A stretch of 64,000 bases of DNA, taken from positions 374,751 to 438,750 of the forward strand of contig OZ316898.1 in NCBI GenBank assembly GCA_973895155.1, in the 5' to 3' direction. Below, piece by piece: positions 1 through 12,995 of this stretch (position 1 is the stretch's first letter; each line of letters begins with the position of its first letter). A program made the translations under genes and the position numbers. The notes beneath the pieces were generated by a model. That model did not search any database. It saw nothing but the letters and a program-made list of their open reading frames with translations, and was not told where the DNA came from. This DNA comes from Marsupella aquatica (taxonomy: Eukaryota > Plantae > Marchantiophyta).

Positions 1-1875
1 CCTCAGACTCTTCACCCTTGTATCCAAATACTTGATCGTGTTTCCAATCTGATTCTCCACCTGGGCCTTCCACTTCTTAAAAATGGACAAGATATCAGAC
101 TTATGCGTCATGAAATAAATCCACACAAATCTTGAGTAATCATCAATAAATGATACATAGTACAACTTTCCAGAGTGTGAGGGAGTCGGGGATGGACCCC
201 ACACGTCACTATGTATGTACTCAAGAACCGCTTTGGAACGATGAGTTCTAACACCAAAAGCACGACGATGCTACTTTCCAAGAATGCAATGCTCACAAAA
301 CTCTAATTTACAAGATTGCAAATCAGAAATGAGTCCATTCTTCCGTAAGATAGCCAAACCCTTCTCACTCATGTGGCCTAGCCGTGAATGCCACAGTTGA
401 GTCATCTCCTCGTGAGATTTGGTTACATTGGCCTCTCCACATACAGTATTGCCCTGTAACACATACAAATTCTTTTGTCTACTCCCCTTCAAAATCACCG
501 TCTCTCCCGACCTGACTTGAAGTTCACCATCAATAACGCTCCATTGATGACCATTTGAATCCAACACACCGAGTGAAATCAGATTCTTACGCATGCCAGG
601 TACATACCTGACTCCGGACACTGTGCGCACAGCGCCATCAAACATTTGAATCTTCACAGACCCAATTCCCTCAATTTGACAGGAGTGATCATTTCCCATC
701 AGAATTGAACCGTTTGAAACAGAGTAAGAACTGAAAAACTCACGAATGTAACAAATATGAAAAGAGCAAGCACAATCAAGAATCCACACATCATCTGCTC
801 TCCTAGATAACGTGCACAGGGCATACCTCCGGCTTCATAAAACATACTCATCATTGAGTAAATCAGTTTCTCCATCAGCCCTAGCCACATTTGCCGATGA
901 AGTTTCCGCTGCCTTTCCCTTACAGTCTCGTTTGAAGTGTCCAACTTGGTTGCACTTCCAACATGTCACCTGCCTCCTCTGAGGGGATTTACCCTTGGAC
1001 TTAGATCTGGATTTAGATCTAAACTGGGTTCTACGGTCCCTAGTTGGTCGCTGCATACTCCTCCCACGGTTAACATTGAGGGCAGCACCAGATGATGAAG
1101 GCTGTGACGTGATGTGCATCTTCTGCTGAAGATCATCACTAAGCAGAGAACTTACCACGTCATTGTATGAAATGGTATCCCTATCACGATGCAACAACAC
1201 TCGTGATAGGGACTGGTAAGATGGAGGCAATGAACTAAGAAGCTGCAGAGCCTTTGTCTCATCATTCAAAGTCTCCCCAAGGTTTTCCAAGTCAACGACC
1301 ATGTCATTGAAAGCATCCACATGGTCTTGCAACTTCGTACCGGATTCCTTCATCCTGAAACTCATCAGTTTGTAGGAAGTGTAGAGCCGGTTCGACAACT
1401 CCTTGCGGTGATACTTGCTCTGCAATTCCGCAAACAAGGACATGCAATCCTTATGTGCACCCAACTGCTTGATGATGGGAGGCATGAGATAGAGTGTAAC
1501 ACCACACACTCCCTGCTCCTGCATGCGGTCCCATTGTTTCTCATCAATATCGTCTTCACGAGGGCTCAGCAGTTGGCCCATCCCTGACGCATAGAGCACT
1601 CCCTTCACCTACTTCTCCCATAGCAAGTAGTCAGAGCGCCCATTATACTTTGTCACTTCATACTTGGGTCCCCCAAGCTTGAAAGTCCTTATCTTCTTCT
1701 TTGGCACTACCGTGAGCTCCGGTAGTAGTACTGCTTCCTCCACCACACGCCGCACCGGTGATGGTATCGGTGTCACGTGCTCTTCCTCCTGCTCCTCTCT
1801 CTGCCCCTGAAACCTCCGCGGTGATCCTCGTGCTTCAAGTTCCACGTCTTTGAAAAACTCCTCCGAATCACTCAT
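1..1875 (-). pseudogene. copia gag-protease-integrase (5' part), interrupted by stops
   Basis: ORFs 1609-1875, 835-1608 and 271-789 share one frame, separated by TAG (1609-1611) and TGA (835-837); a frameshift follows near 271. Confidence 0.9.
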
Positions 1876-3015
1876 ATGAGAAAATCACAAAAAATGTTGT
1901 TTTTCACAACTTCTCAAAAAACTCGAAACTCAACACCGCCGCGTAGCCCACAAAGCTAGGAGTCCAATACTGAAAACCAAAATCAAAATCAAAATTTGAC
2001 AGAAAAGTTATTCAAATTTCGGTCGAGGTGGGTAAAACCTTGGGAAACTCCCCCGTTTTGACCACCTCAGGGAATAACCGAAATACCAAGTACAACCCGT
2101 TGTTGGAATTGCAATGTGATTGGTGCGCCGCATTGCCAACTTCAATGGCTACGACCTTGCCGAAAAATAACCAAAAAAGTTACCGTTCGGCGGATGAAAT
2201 CTTTGTCGAACGGTCAAAAAATAGCTCTCTGGTTTTTTGGAATATTCTATGACCCTTGTACAGGCCCTGTGGGAATTTTGGAAGAACATTCGAGGGGCTG
2301 ACACGTGTCCTCGAACCCCCAAAACCCCCTACCACCCTTCATCGTCGAAATCTGGTCGCGCGCGCAGAAAATACACACGGCAGAATGTACCCCTTGACAC
2401 CAAACGCAAGATATCTCACTCGGGTTTTTGACGAAATCAAGATCTGATTTCATATTTGGAAACTAGACTCCAAGGCGATGAAGATCGATATAAGAAGCAC
2501 CCAAAATGAGGAAAGAACGAGGGAGAAAAAAATTGGTAAAGATGACAGATTTCTCTCAATTGCCATAGCCAATTTCGAATCAGTTTTTCAAAGAGAAAAA
2601 AATGGTACCTTGTCAACAACGAATGTTGATCAATTGCACTTGGTGCCGTCACCAAGTCCAACAAGGTAATTGATTTTGCTTAGCCTTCCTCTTTGCATCA
2701 AAGAGCCAATCCCGGACTCAAAACAATCATCTTGCCTCAATCTCTCCGTTGAGTCAAAACACTTGACGCTTCTCCCTCCGAGTCGATTGCCAACTTTCTT
2801 CACAAAATCCAGAACGACAAAAACTTAGATCTCTCTGCACCACGAACTCCGTTCAATGATTTCTTCACACCGTTAGAAAGCTCTTGCCCTGATCTATCCG
2901 TTGAGCCCATAAACTCCAAGTTCCATGCGACGGAACTCTGGGAAATCCACCGACACTCAACGCTGGAAAAACCGTCATGAAATCCCGTCACGAACACACG
3001 TCACCTCCCAAGCAT

Positions 3016-3027
3016 GCTCTGATACCA
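3016..3027 (-). promoter_or_regulatory. Primer binding site (tRNA-iMet) of copia A
   Basis: Minus strand TGGTATCAGAGC, 2 nt after the LTR end CAACA. Confidence 0.93.
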
Positions 3028-3029
3028 AT

Positions 3030-3414
3030 TGTTGAGCATAGACGACGATCGCAACGGCAAGCCCATGAACCATCCAACGCACAATAGTCGACACAAGAGA
3101 TACGTGGTTCACCTCCTTGAGGCTACGTCCACGGGAACACACAAGAGAGCTTTACTGAACTCTAAGTCCGTCGGCTATACCGAGTCTCCACAGTGTAAGC
3201 TCTCCTTATCTCTCAAGTGGCTCCATAACAATGAGCCTTGGTTCTACCTCTCCAAGCACACATGCCTCTTATGATATAGTGTGCAACTTAGTTGTACCTA
3301 ACCACATAGTTGTACCTAATCACGTAGTTGTACCTAACCACATAGTTGTACCTAACCACGTAGTTGTACCAACCACGTCATACCTAACCTAGACGTAAGA
3401 GTAAATACCCAACA
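3030..3414 (-). repeat. 5' LTR of copia A (385 bp)
   Basis: TGTTG...CAACA termini; homologous to the LTR at 53971-54315. Confidence 0.85.
3289..3377. repeat. Five tandem copies of 18-bp TAGTTGTACCTAACCAC(A/G) inside the LTR
   Basis: Read directly; absent from the sister LTR at 53971-54315. Confidence 0.9.
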
Positions 3415-3525
3415 ACCCTCGCAACAGCATGGCTCTGATATGGGCAGCAGATGCCACATTGGCCCCACTCATAGGGTCAACAACAACCACATCCCCAAGG
3501 GCACAAACACCAAGACAAGAGAAGA

Positions 3526-4076
3526 TGTCACACCATTCTAGGTAGTATTATAATATATTGTACTATCTAGATTTGTATATTTGATATGTGTGTTATAAGA
3601 GCCAATAAGGTTTTGTTAGGCTTGTGTGGGAGAGTTGTTCTCCCTTGTGAGGCATTGAAAGGTTATCTTTTGATGTTGAGCCTTCGAGAGGAGAGCTCGT
3701 GTAGTGGCTATGGTGGTTGAGAGCTCCTTCTATGTAGCGTGGATTCCTTGAGTGCAGGGTGCGTTGGCTTGACATATGTGTGTGATCGGATCGGACGGGA
3801 TTGAGTGCGTGCTATTGGCGTCGATCGCTGTTTGGATTCTATTGAAGATTATATCAAAAGATCAGATTCAAAATCTGTGGTACGGACTATGCGGACAGAA
3901 GTTTGATTGATGGAGTTGTCGTCAATTCGTGGTAGCTCGGATCGTGTGTTGTTATCGAATAGATCGTTGGTATCTCGATCTGTAGTGGCGGTGAGGAAGC
4001 TTTGAGTTGCTGTCCGATTGGGCTGCTTCCCGATCGATGTACAGATCTATGATTGGTGACAGATTTTGAGTTTGGA
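3526..4076 (+). mobile_element. Truncated 5' end (LTR-like segment plus leader) of the same family as the left end of the DNMT-gypsy element
   Basis: TGTCACACCATTCT...GGCTTGACA (3526-3774) plus ~300 bp downstream are colinear with 26860-~27390. Confidence 0.85.
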
Positions 4077-4077
4077 C

Positions 4078-5106
4078 ATTATCATTATTTACGGAGGTAT
4101 AGTCTTGGACAGTTAAATTCATCCAATCATGTCTCGCTCTTGGTAGATAACTTGTCTTAGTGTGGTCAAACCTCTCGTTTAATTGATCCCAAAGGTTGTG
4201 TGGGTTATATTCATTTAGGTATTGCATTTTTAGTGGTTCTGCCAAGTGATGTCTAAGAAATACTAAGGATTGTGCTTTTTTGTTGGAGTGAAGGGCCATT
4301 GTTAGTGGTTATTGTGTCTTGTAATCCTTTAGATGCCAATGTGCCTCTGCACTAAAGACCACGAGAGATAGTTCTCCCCATCTATGGTGAGTGCCAGGAA
4401 ATTCAGTTTCTCTATCATATTCATTGGCTTTGTTAGTGGTTGCACTTATCAAGAATGGACTTTCCTTGAGGTTTTCTTGCTCTCTCTCTCCGAGATGGAT
4501 TAGACTTATGGTTCCTCTCTGCAATCAATCTAGTTTCTTCTACAATTCCTTCCTTTTGTAACCAGGATCGGCTTGGTGCTCTCTGTTTCATTGATGTTTT
4601 TCCTTCAATGATCTATGCTTCAAACCTCCTCAATCTAGATTTCGCTCTGACTTTGACGTTGTCTTACTCAATGTCGCCCTGGTCTGAATCTACTGAGGCT
4701 CTTCAATTTCGCCTTGGCTATGTTGCTTTTAGTCTCAAGACGCTTTTAGTTTCAAGACTCTCCTTTTAATCTAATAGACCTGGGATCAATTTACACTTAA
4801 ATTCCAGATACTGTCTCCTTTGGTTCCTCTCCTCTCCAAGCAATTCTTGTCGGTTATTGTTTTTTGCTTCAGATCGCTTCATTTCCTTTTCTAAATTTGC
4901 ATCATCGGTGGGTCAAATTGCTGATAATGTGTTAAACTATACTCCATAGCCAATGTTGACTACAAAGCACATAATGATCAATCAATCAATAGACAGTTTC
5001 TAACTGTCTCTTTCCATCTATGTGTATGGATACAATCTGGTCTTAACTAGGGTTAGTTTAACCATAGGTAAACTCTTAACCTAACCATAATGTCTATATT
5101 ATAACG
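4078..5106 (-). mobile_element. Bianca-like Ty1/copia 5' fragment (short LTR, PBS, partial gag)
   Basis: Gag peptide KAQSLVFLRHHL...LWDQLNERFDHTK...PRARHDWMNL; minus-strand TTAACA|CATTATCAGCA resembles the Bianca-type PBS (4919-4929); the LTR limits ~4930-5106 are tentative. Confidence 0.7.
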
Positions 5107-5561
5107 ATTGTCAGAATATAAATTGTGCCATCAATCTCCAGTAATAATACCATCCATAACCTCAGCCAGCCCTACTTGTTAACTACAGTCAGTGGAGGAA
5201 GTTTTCAATGTTACAAAAATGTAATGGAGTCTATTACCAAAGTTACATTCACCTTTATTTCCAAAGTCTTTTGCTGGAATTCTGATTTGTTTTTCCCTGT
5301 TAGCTTGCAAGTAGTCAGTCCCTCATACTACCTTTTAGTAGCATCCTCAGACTATACATTTTACTTCAGATCGGAAAGGACAATCCCTTTATAATGGAGA
5401 TTCTAGCAATAATTATTGGTGCACCAATGTGACACCTCCAAGAAAAACCTATTTTGGGTCTTCAAGATACACATGTAGCATATCTATCTCCTTAACCCAA
5501 CCACCAGTGTCCACTAGGTTAGGGAAGGACAAAACATAGCACTGTTTAGAGCCAAATTTTG

Positions 5562-5740
5562 GTTTATTTTAGTAACCTAGATCCACCAGGTTTTTTGCTT
5601 GCTTTGGGGTGCTTGCTTTGGGGACAGTGGCACTTTAAAGACCCAGTCTACCTAGGGCCCATTTTATGTTTATTTTAGTAACCTGGGGTTTGCTTGCTTT
5701 GGGGACAGTGGCGCTTTAAAGACCCAGTCTACCTAGGGCC
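5562..5740. repeat. Local imperfect duplication containing GGGACAGTGGC(A/G)CTTTAAAGACCCAGTCTACCTAGGGCCC twice
   Basis: Read directly; contains the same terminus as the small insert at 10422-10570. Confidence 0.75.
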
Positions 5741-6777
5741 CGCCACCCCAAGACTACGCCCTCACATCACTATCTTTCCTTGGTTCTGTCCAAAGAAAAT
5801 GCGTGCCTATGTTTTTCCGGAAAGGCACCAAGCCCACAATGAAAAATGCATACATTCTTGCACCCGGGAAGAGGGTTTATCATGTAAGAGGCACCCCTAC
5901 TACGCATCCTTAAACATCAAACAGCCCCTCTAGTGCTTTTTGCCTAGCACCCAAGTAACATTTTTCCCTTCATTTTTGAAACCGGATGACATAGAACGAT
6001 GACAAAATGACCGGGGAAGGTGAACAATGATGAGATATACATCATATGTACAATATGTTAATTACTGCACACGGAGAATCGTAAAAGTAGTGAACTGATT
6101 TGATGGTCAGCAGTTTCTTAACACTAGCAAGTCATGTGCAAAGACCGCAAGGGCCATATACAAGCGGCTTGCCCCTCTGAAGAAAGGCAGCTGAGAAAAC
6201 TACACTGGTACACGAGCGCATATAACAGCATGCACTTTCAATAGACACCGGTTGAGCTTCTTAAGATGTTGCTCAAGGCTTCATTGTCCTGCATTTATTT
6301 TGCAAAGCTAACTGGACGATTCTCGCCATGTTTGTGGGCTTGTAAATAAAATGACGATAAGGGATAGCTGCCTAACTCAAGCACTACGGTGGAATATCAT
6401 ACAACCATCTCCAGTATCAATTTTTGTATATAAAGTCCATCCAACATCGAGTATCCGAGTAATCCTAAAGTCCTAAATCTACCTTACTAAAGTATGAAGG
6501 GTAGGAGTGAGGTCCTCCTTCCATTGCATGAAGGAGTTCTGAATACACAACGCTTAAGCCTACTTTGTGGATAGACCTACTATACAACAACAAACCTCTA
6601 AATACGCCCGGATTTTGTACAAAGAGCTAATTCGAGGTCTCAAAGAATCACACAGATAATTGTCTTCCAAAAACTCATTTTCTTCCAGAAAGAAAAGGCG
6701 AGAACAAAAGCTGTCCTTCAACGTGAACGCCTTACCAGCCTTCGAATTATGCCAACTGACAACAGTCATGTAAACCT

Positions 6778-8840
6778 TTACATTTTTCGCAGATTGTCGA
6801 GTCGTGCTTGAAGGTCACTATCTATGCCAGTATCATCTCCTGCAGCCGCTGTAGGTTGTGCCACCTTTGTGGGCCCTGCCTGGGCTGGAGCTGCTGCTGC
6901 GTTTGCTGGAGCATGCACTAGCTGTTGTCACCAAACCATGAAATTGCATATCAGATTAAGCAACAGGGTCACATCAGGATAAAACACAATTGAATATCTT
7001 AAAAACTCCCAACCAGACAATCAACTTTGGAGAAACTTCCGTACAAAACCATTGGCAGCTTAGGTGTTGCACGTGTACTAGGTGATTACATCTGCAACGT
7101 CTAACAGTGCAAAAGTAGCCCTATTGGAGAACGAAAGTAGTCCTGGTAAATATCGAACTTGTGTCTGACCTGAGAATCTAAATCGACACCAATTTCATCC
7201 AATACTTGATTAACGAGATCTTCCGTTTCCTCCTCCTCCTCGTCCCCTTCAAGTGCATCATCAATAGCATCCCCCATGACCTCAGTTGTCATCTCCATTC
7301 TCTCATTCTGCCTTTCGAACTCTTGCATAATTTTTTGTAAAGCAGGAAGATTGAGCTGCTTGTTCATTTGACCCATAGCCTTAGTGACTCCTTTCATCGC
7401 CTCAGCCATCGCTTGAGTAGATTTCAGTGTCTGTTCATCCAGTCAGATCCCCCATATGAATAGAACGGTAAAGATAGGTCAGGAACCTGGTCCCAAGATT
7501 ATTCATGACTATGAAACTAGATAAAACTGTCAGATTCCTTCATATGACAAGGGAGCTGAGGCTTTGAGACCTAGGACCTACACTTCCTCCCATCCTGTGA
7601 GATGGATTTCCTTTAAGATTAAGAAAGCAACAACTTAACGAGACTGTGCCGCATGGAAGACACAGCGCTCTAAATCACAATCCAAATCTCCACGTCAGAT
7701 CTACATGCATCAACTACATGCTTGACATTGACAGCAACTGTGTGAAAATTATGCGTCTTCCAACAGCGAACGCCTCATGAATGACATTCATGGAAAAAAA
7801 AAGTTTACAGGATGATCTAACAAACCTGTATCCTGAGAGAAATCCCTTGAAGCTGGGACTTGAGGCCATAAAACTTTGTAATTTGATGTCTAGTTCTGAT
7901 AAGGTCCTTCGCCATAACCCTGACAGCACCCTGTTAACAAAAACAGTTACTCTATAGCCTAAAAAGAAAAGCAAGAGACAAAATTTAAGCGTTCCGTGAT
8001 TGAGTTCATTCCCTAAAACAGATGTATTTCAGTGGCTGTACACTAGGCATACAATACAATATATATGATTAGGACGTGTAGCAAAGGGGACGTTTTCAAA
8101 CTGCCGTTGCCCGTCAGAGGAAACTGATAGAATTCAGGGATAACGAAAGAAAATTTGGGAGGGTAGTATTAGTGCCTACGCAGCTCCATGATGTTTTAAA
8201 AAATAAAAAATAAAATCGAATCTAAGTTTACGCAAGTAGGTGAACTCAAAACCGTCATGAGAGCTTGGACCCTGGAGCAATAGGATGGTCAGCGAGCCAT
8301 CAGGAGATCCCATAGACTGGTAATAAATAGACCAAACAATACCAAAATTGCATGAAAGATTCCAGAGCGCAATCCCGTCCAGGACAGGCACAGGACTTAC
8401 CATCTGGCCTTGCTTGGCGGTCTTTTTTATCTCAACAATAAGTTTCTTCTCTTGGCTTTGCAAACTTTGCCTCTCCCGTTCTATTTCCCGAATAGATTTA
8501 TCCAGCATGCGCTTATTCTCCCGCAAAAGTTCTATGATCAGATAACACAGAACAACAGTCTCACAAAAGGTCTAACAAATTTTCCACGAGAACATTCCTG
8601 GCAGTATAAAATTCGAAACCTATGCCTCAGAATAGGTCCGCTACCTTGTGAATACCTAAACAGCAAAAGTGCGCAGTCAGGGGAGAGGAAAGTGTACCGC
8701 CTAGTTTAGGAAGGACACGAAAAAACCACGGAAACTAAAACTACCACCCTTCACTAACGAACTTCACAAAGAACTTGATCGGGCGCGATCAAAATGTTCG
8801 CACCTGCGGGAGTCTTCTTCTTCCCAAACAGGAAGCTCAT
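6778..8840 (-). CDS. VPS2: ESCRT-III subunit VPS2 (CHMP2A, Snf7 family), 5 exons, 225 aa, intact
   Basis: Exons 8804-8840, 8401-8531, 7826-7930, 7170-7430 and 6778-6921, all GT-AG. Product MSFLFGKKKTPAELLRENKRMLDKSIREIERER...GAVRVMAKDLIRTRHQITKFYGLKSQLQGISLRIQTLKSTQAMAEAMKGV...DSDLQARLDNLRKM, with a C-terminal MIM1-type motif. Confidence 0.97.
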
Positions 8841-10197
8841 TTTAAACTGTCTCGCCGGCACTGGTTACGACCGTCACCGTGCTTCCCCAACTCCAACCTA
8901 AATTGTCTAGTTTGAAAAACACGGCAACAAGTTGTGAGTAACGTAATTTGATTGAACGCAGAAAGATTCCTGCGAACAGCGCAGTGCAAGCCAAAGCTTC
9001 TGGCCACTTAAGCAAAAGCCGACGAAATCTGTAACAAACAGTCGGACCGAACACATAGAGTCACCTAAGCATTCAAGAACCTGGATTGCCCTGATACAAG
9101 ATCTCACATGGACGAATCGCTATTAACAAATCTGAGTTAATCTCCGTAGACCTTGACCCGGAAGAACCGGCAAGGACCGAAGAATTCGATGGTAGATTGA
9201 AACGAGCTCCACTCAGGGATAAACCGAAGGAAGAATTGGTCTCGCTCAGAAGGAAGTAAGACTTCTCACAGGGCAAATACAGGGAAATGCGTTGAAGAAC
9301 ATAAAGCCGACCAGAACGACGGATGGAGGCGAGGGATGGAGGTTAATTCAGTAGTGGGAACGCAAAGCTGCAGGTACTGGCTACACAAGACCAGTTGACA
9401 GATCTGAGGCCAAAGACCAGCATCGATGGAGGAAGGCTATTACCAGAAGTCTTCGATGATCGGCGAAGTCCGTATTGAGCTACCAGCAGAAGGTAACAGA
9501 AGTGGAGGACCTGAGCCGTCGATCAAATTACAGTCCTTCCTTCCACCATTCTCTTCTTGAATCTGAAAACCGTGTCAATTCTCCCGCGAAATAACAGGTC
9601 CCATGCTCAAATCTCCTCCTTAGAGAGAATTCATCTAATTGGTAAAGTGCGAATCCATTAGTAGGGAATACCGGCTACCTTCAAAACCGCGAATGGAGAC
9701 GGAACGAGGAAAGAAGAAGACGTCATAAACAATCAATCTGACTCACTTCCAAATTTTATCGCGTTGATCGTGATGGCGAAAACCCTAGAACGACGCGATC
9801 TGATATTATTCGGCTCACTCTGTCAACTGCCGCGTCTCACAGTTTTCTCATGGATATCAAAACGACAGAGGAAATGGCTGGGCAGCGTGCAACAACGGAA
9901 TAACGCGCACAATTGTACGCCCCCTTGGTTTTCCTTGAATGAGCACTTTTCTTCTAGTGGGGCTTCTTTCTTTGAACTCAAGACACTCCAGCATTCCTGC
10001 AGATTTTCCTTGAAAGAGCGCTTTGCGTCTTTGCGGGCTTTCTTTCTTTCAACTCAAGAGGCAGCATTCCTGCCACGCTGGAGAGCCTATTATTGCGGAT
10101 CCTCCGAAATAGCAAACGGTACCCAAGCTACGCACTCGACCTCGAGTCCTACTATGTTTTATATTCTTGGTTACTAACTCAATATTAGTGCATTGCA

Positions 10198-10770
10198 CAA
10201 AAGATGTCATGCAGAAAAAAGATATCTTGATGCCCTAGATATCATTAAACAAAATTCATATCACCCAAAAGGTCATTAAAAGAAAAGACATAGTGTCGCC
10301 CAAGATGTCATTAAACAAAAAGATGTTGTGTCGCCCAAAATATAGTGAATAAGCAAAAAGATGTTGTGTTGCCCAAGATGTCGTTAAAAGAAAAGATATT
10401 GTGTCCCCAAGATGTAGTTAAATCACCACTGTCCATATAAAAGGAAAATTGTCAAGTACTTACACACTTTTCCACATTTCTCTCCTCTAGGGTGACTTTG
10501 CTCCACAATTTCAGGAAAAACAAATTGGTGAAACCTAGTGGATCCAGGTTTTGTCATGGACAGTGGCACTTTAAGCAAAAAGATGATTTGTCGCCCAAGA
10601 TTTTGTTAAGCAAAGAGATGTCATGCCGCCCAAGATGTTGTTAAGAGAAAAGATTTTGTGTTACCCAATATGTTGTTAAGAGAAAGATGTCGTTAATATA
10701 AAAATATTGTTAAGGAAAAAGATTTTGTTAAGTACAAAATGGTCAATAAGCAAAAGGATGTCGTTAGTCA
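10198..10770. repeat. Degenerate ~33-bp minisatellite (AAAAGATGTTGTGTCGCCCAAGATGTCGTTAA-like) in the Helitron 3' region
   Basis: Repeated CCCAAGATGT and GTTAA units read directly. Confidence 0.8.
10422..10570. mobile_element. ~150-bp MITE-like insert flanked by TTAA
   Basis: TTAA|ATCACCACTGTCCAT ... ATGGACAGTGGCACT|TTAA; removing it restores one minisatellite unit. Confidence 0.6.
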
Positions 10771-12102
10771 TAGATGTTGTGAAGTAAAACATGTTAAGTA
10801 CCAAAGTGAAAGAGAAGCGAAGTCACTTTGAAATTTGTTGTTGAAGAGAATACACATGGTCAGATCTTTATTCCTGTAGTAGGAAACTTCATCATATACA
10901 ACATTTTTGGTCAACTTTGTTTCTCCATCTTCACTATATGGAAGTAACACTTTAATGCTTGTAGGACAAGTTGCTCTTGAAAAAGCAACATACAATTGAC
11001 CACGACTAAATATCAACTTAGAAACTTGCAATCCTACATGTTCTAAAGTTTTACCTTGTGCCTTATCAATAGTCATTGCATATACCACTTGAACCGAGAA
11101 TTGGACTCTTTGCAACATGAAAGGAGATCCCTCATATGATGTCAATGGAATATGTGGTATGAACATTATGCTCCCTGCATGTTTGCCTGCAAGAACCACC
11201 GCCTCTCTTATTGTATGTACTATGAGTTGTGTCTCATACATAATCCTGTAGTGAAGTCAACATTACATAAAAGAATAACACGACATCCAACCTTAAGTAT
11301 CAGCTTGTGCAGAGGCAAGTCGTTGGGTGTGAGCATATTCAAGAACTCAGTAGGGTAAAAGTCACATCTTTTCAATTTGATCGGGGCGATCTATACTTAA
11401 AAAGGTGTGCGCATCTCCTATGAGCCCTTCCAATATTAAACTATTGATCTTCAGTGTCTCCTTGTTTGTTGGTGCCAATATTGTTCTCTCGCTTAGGAAC
11501 TTGCCATCATTCAATATTCTTTAGCGATGGATGAATTGCACAAATCAAGGAGTTGGTATCAACAATGTTCTCCACCAGAGATGGCGGGACCATAATCATG
11601 TTATTTAACGCTCCTTGCTTTGGCAATTTATCATCCTCGAGTTGAAGGAGCCATTTTTGAAAAGTCTGGTTCCCAAACTCAATTGAAGTTGATGTACTAT
11701 GTGCACACATATTCTTCATTAGCTTGAATGTTTTTGCAAAGTGCCAAATATGAGATTTCTTCAAGCATCCTTCAACAATTTGTGCACGGCTTGCTCTTGC
11801 CTTCATTGGCAACACTTCTCGAAAGTCCCTTGCAAATGCAACCACCAGTCCCCCAAACTTTTGGTTGTCTTCTCTTATGTCGTGAAGTGTTCTTTCAAGC
11901 GCCTCCATATCATGCCGAGGAACCATAGGTGCTTCTTTCCATAGAATGAAGACTGCCCTTGCAATAATTCAGCAGGCTCCACTTGCTTTTTCACGTTGCA
12001 TAGTGATTGAGCATCAGGATTTAGAGGAAGCTTAAATCTTGAATGTGTCGTGCAACCACCATCTAACAACAAACTTGCAATTCCAGAATAGGCCATAGCC
12101 AA
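10768..12102 (-). pseudogene. Helitron RepHel PIF1-like helicase, C-terminal fragment
   Basis: Motifs SGIASLLLDGGCTTHSRFKLPL, FGGLVVAFARDFREVLP, YAMTIDKAQGKTLEHVGL and FSRGQLYVAFSRAT, spread over several frames. Confidence 0.92.
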
Positions 12103-12995
12103 TCCCCATCACTTGGCTTAATTTGCTAATGCCAAAACCCCACTAGAAGAATCCGAGGTGAACTGAGACCGCAATATGTGACTCATTTTGGCTCATGTGA
12201 CTTCATTGTGACTCAACGTGACTTGACCCACGCTGTGACCCTTGGAGTTGCAAAAGTTGAGACCAAAAAATGGAAGTCACTATTGATACTGGGCTTTGCA
12301 ACTCGCTTGATACCCATTTGTGACTGATCTGTGACTTTATTGTGGAGTCTAGCCTTGTTTCGACGTGACTGCAATATGACTTCAGCGAGTCACATCGTAA
12401 GTCACAAACATGACTTACCCGCATTCAACAACGACTAGCGTGTGACTATTTAGTGTCACAGGAGAGACCAATGGAGACCCTGGCCCGCGTCACACAACAG
12501 AACCATTTGGGACTCTATATACTCATGTTTATAACTAATAAGGTTCACATGCAAGTTATAACCATGACTAATGAACACAGAGGGACAGTTCATAAGGAGA
12601 GAGAGCACTCGACATTACAATACATAGAAACCTGATGTTCTAACTTTAGAAATATAACACATTGAATACAAGAAATGAACATAGCATGAATGACATCCAC
12701 ATGAAACAAAGCATCATATAAGCAGATCCTACATAAAACATTCATAAGAATTAAACACAATCACAATCTTGCTAAAAAAGGAAGATCATTTGAATTCCAA
12801 TGGAATAGTTTACAATGTGATCAATGTAATTCAGACAAAATAAGAACTCATAATTGATGACTGTAGGATGAGATAACTGAAAGCACATGCATGATACTAT
12901 GAATCTCCAAGAGGACATGATTCTTGTACTGCTTCTTGACATCTAAAATCTACATAACATGACTCACACTACAAACAAATAATGGCATGACATTG

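Larger units (their letters stand above)
1..3414 (-). mobile_element. Ty1/copia LTR retrotransposon copy A (Tork/Tnt1-like), 5' half; runs off the window start
   Basis: 5' LTR at 3030-3414, tRNA-iMet PBS, gag with zinc knuckle CWKCNQVGHFKRDC, protease WILDCACSFH, GAG-pre-integrase LWHSRLGH...CEHC. Confidence 0.95.
10174..12102 (-). mobile_element. Helitron 3' remnant
   Basis: Degenerate PIF1 helicase; candidate 3' hairpin GTGCAATGCAC (10188-10198) followed ~10 nt later by TTAG|T (decayed CTAG) ending at 10174. Confidence 0.75.

Noticed and set aside
3289-3377. CRISPR-like array (also considered for 10198-10770 and 27460-27549)
   Set aside because: Contiguous tandem repeats without unique spacers, in a eukaryotic context
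9947-9959. TTTTCTTCTAGTG, identical to the CACTA-1 right terminus
   Set aside because: Wrong position and orientation to pair with 12141; no subterminal repeats, partner or TSD
9073-10177. ORFs upstream of VPS2
   Set aside because: No coding signature; more likely 5' UTR, intron or promoter of VPS2
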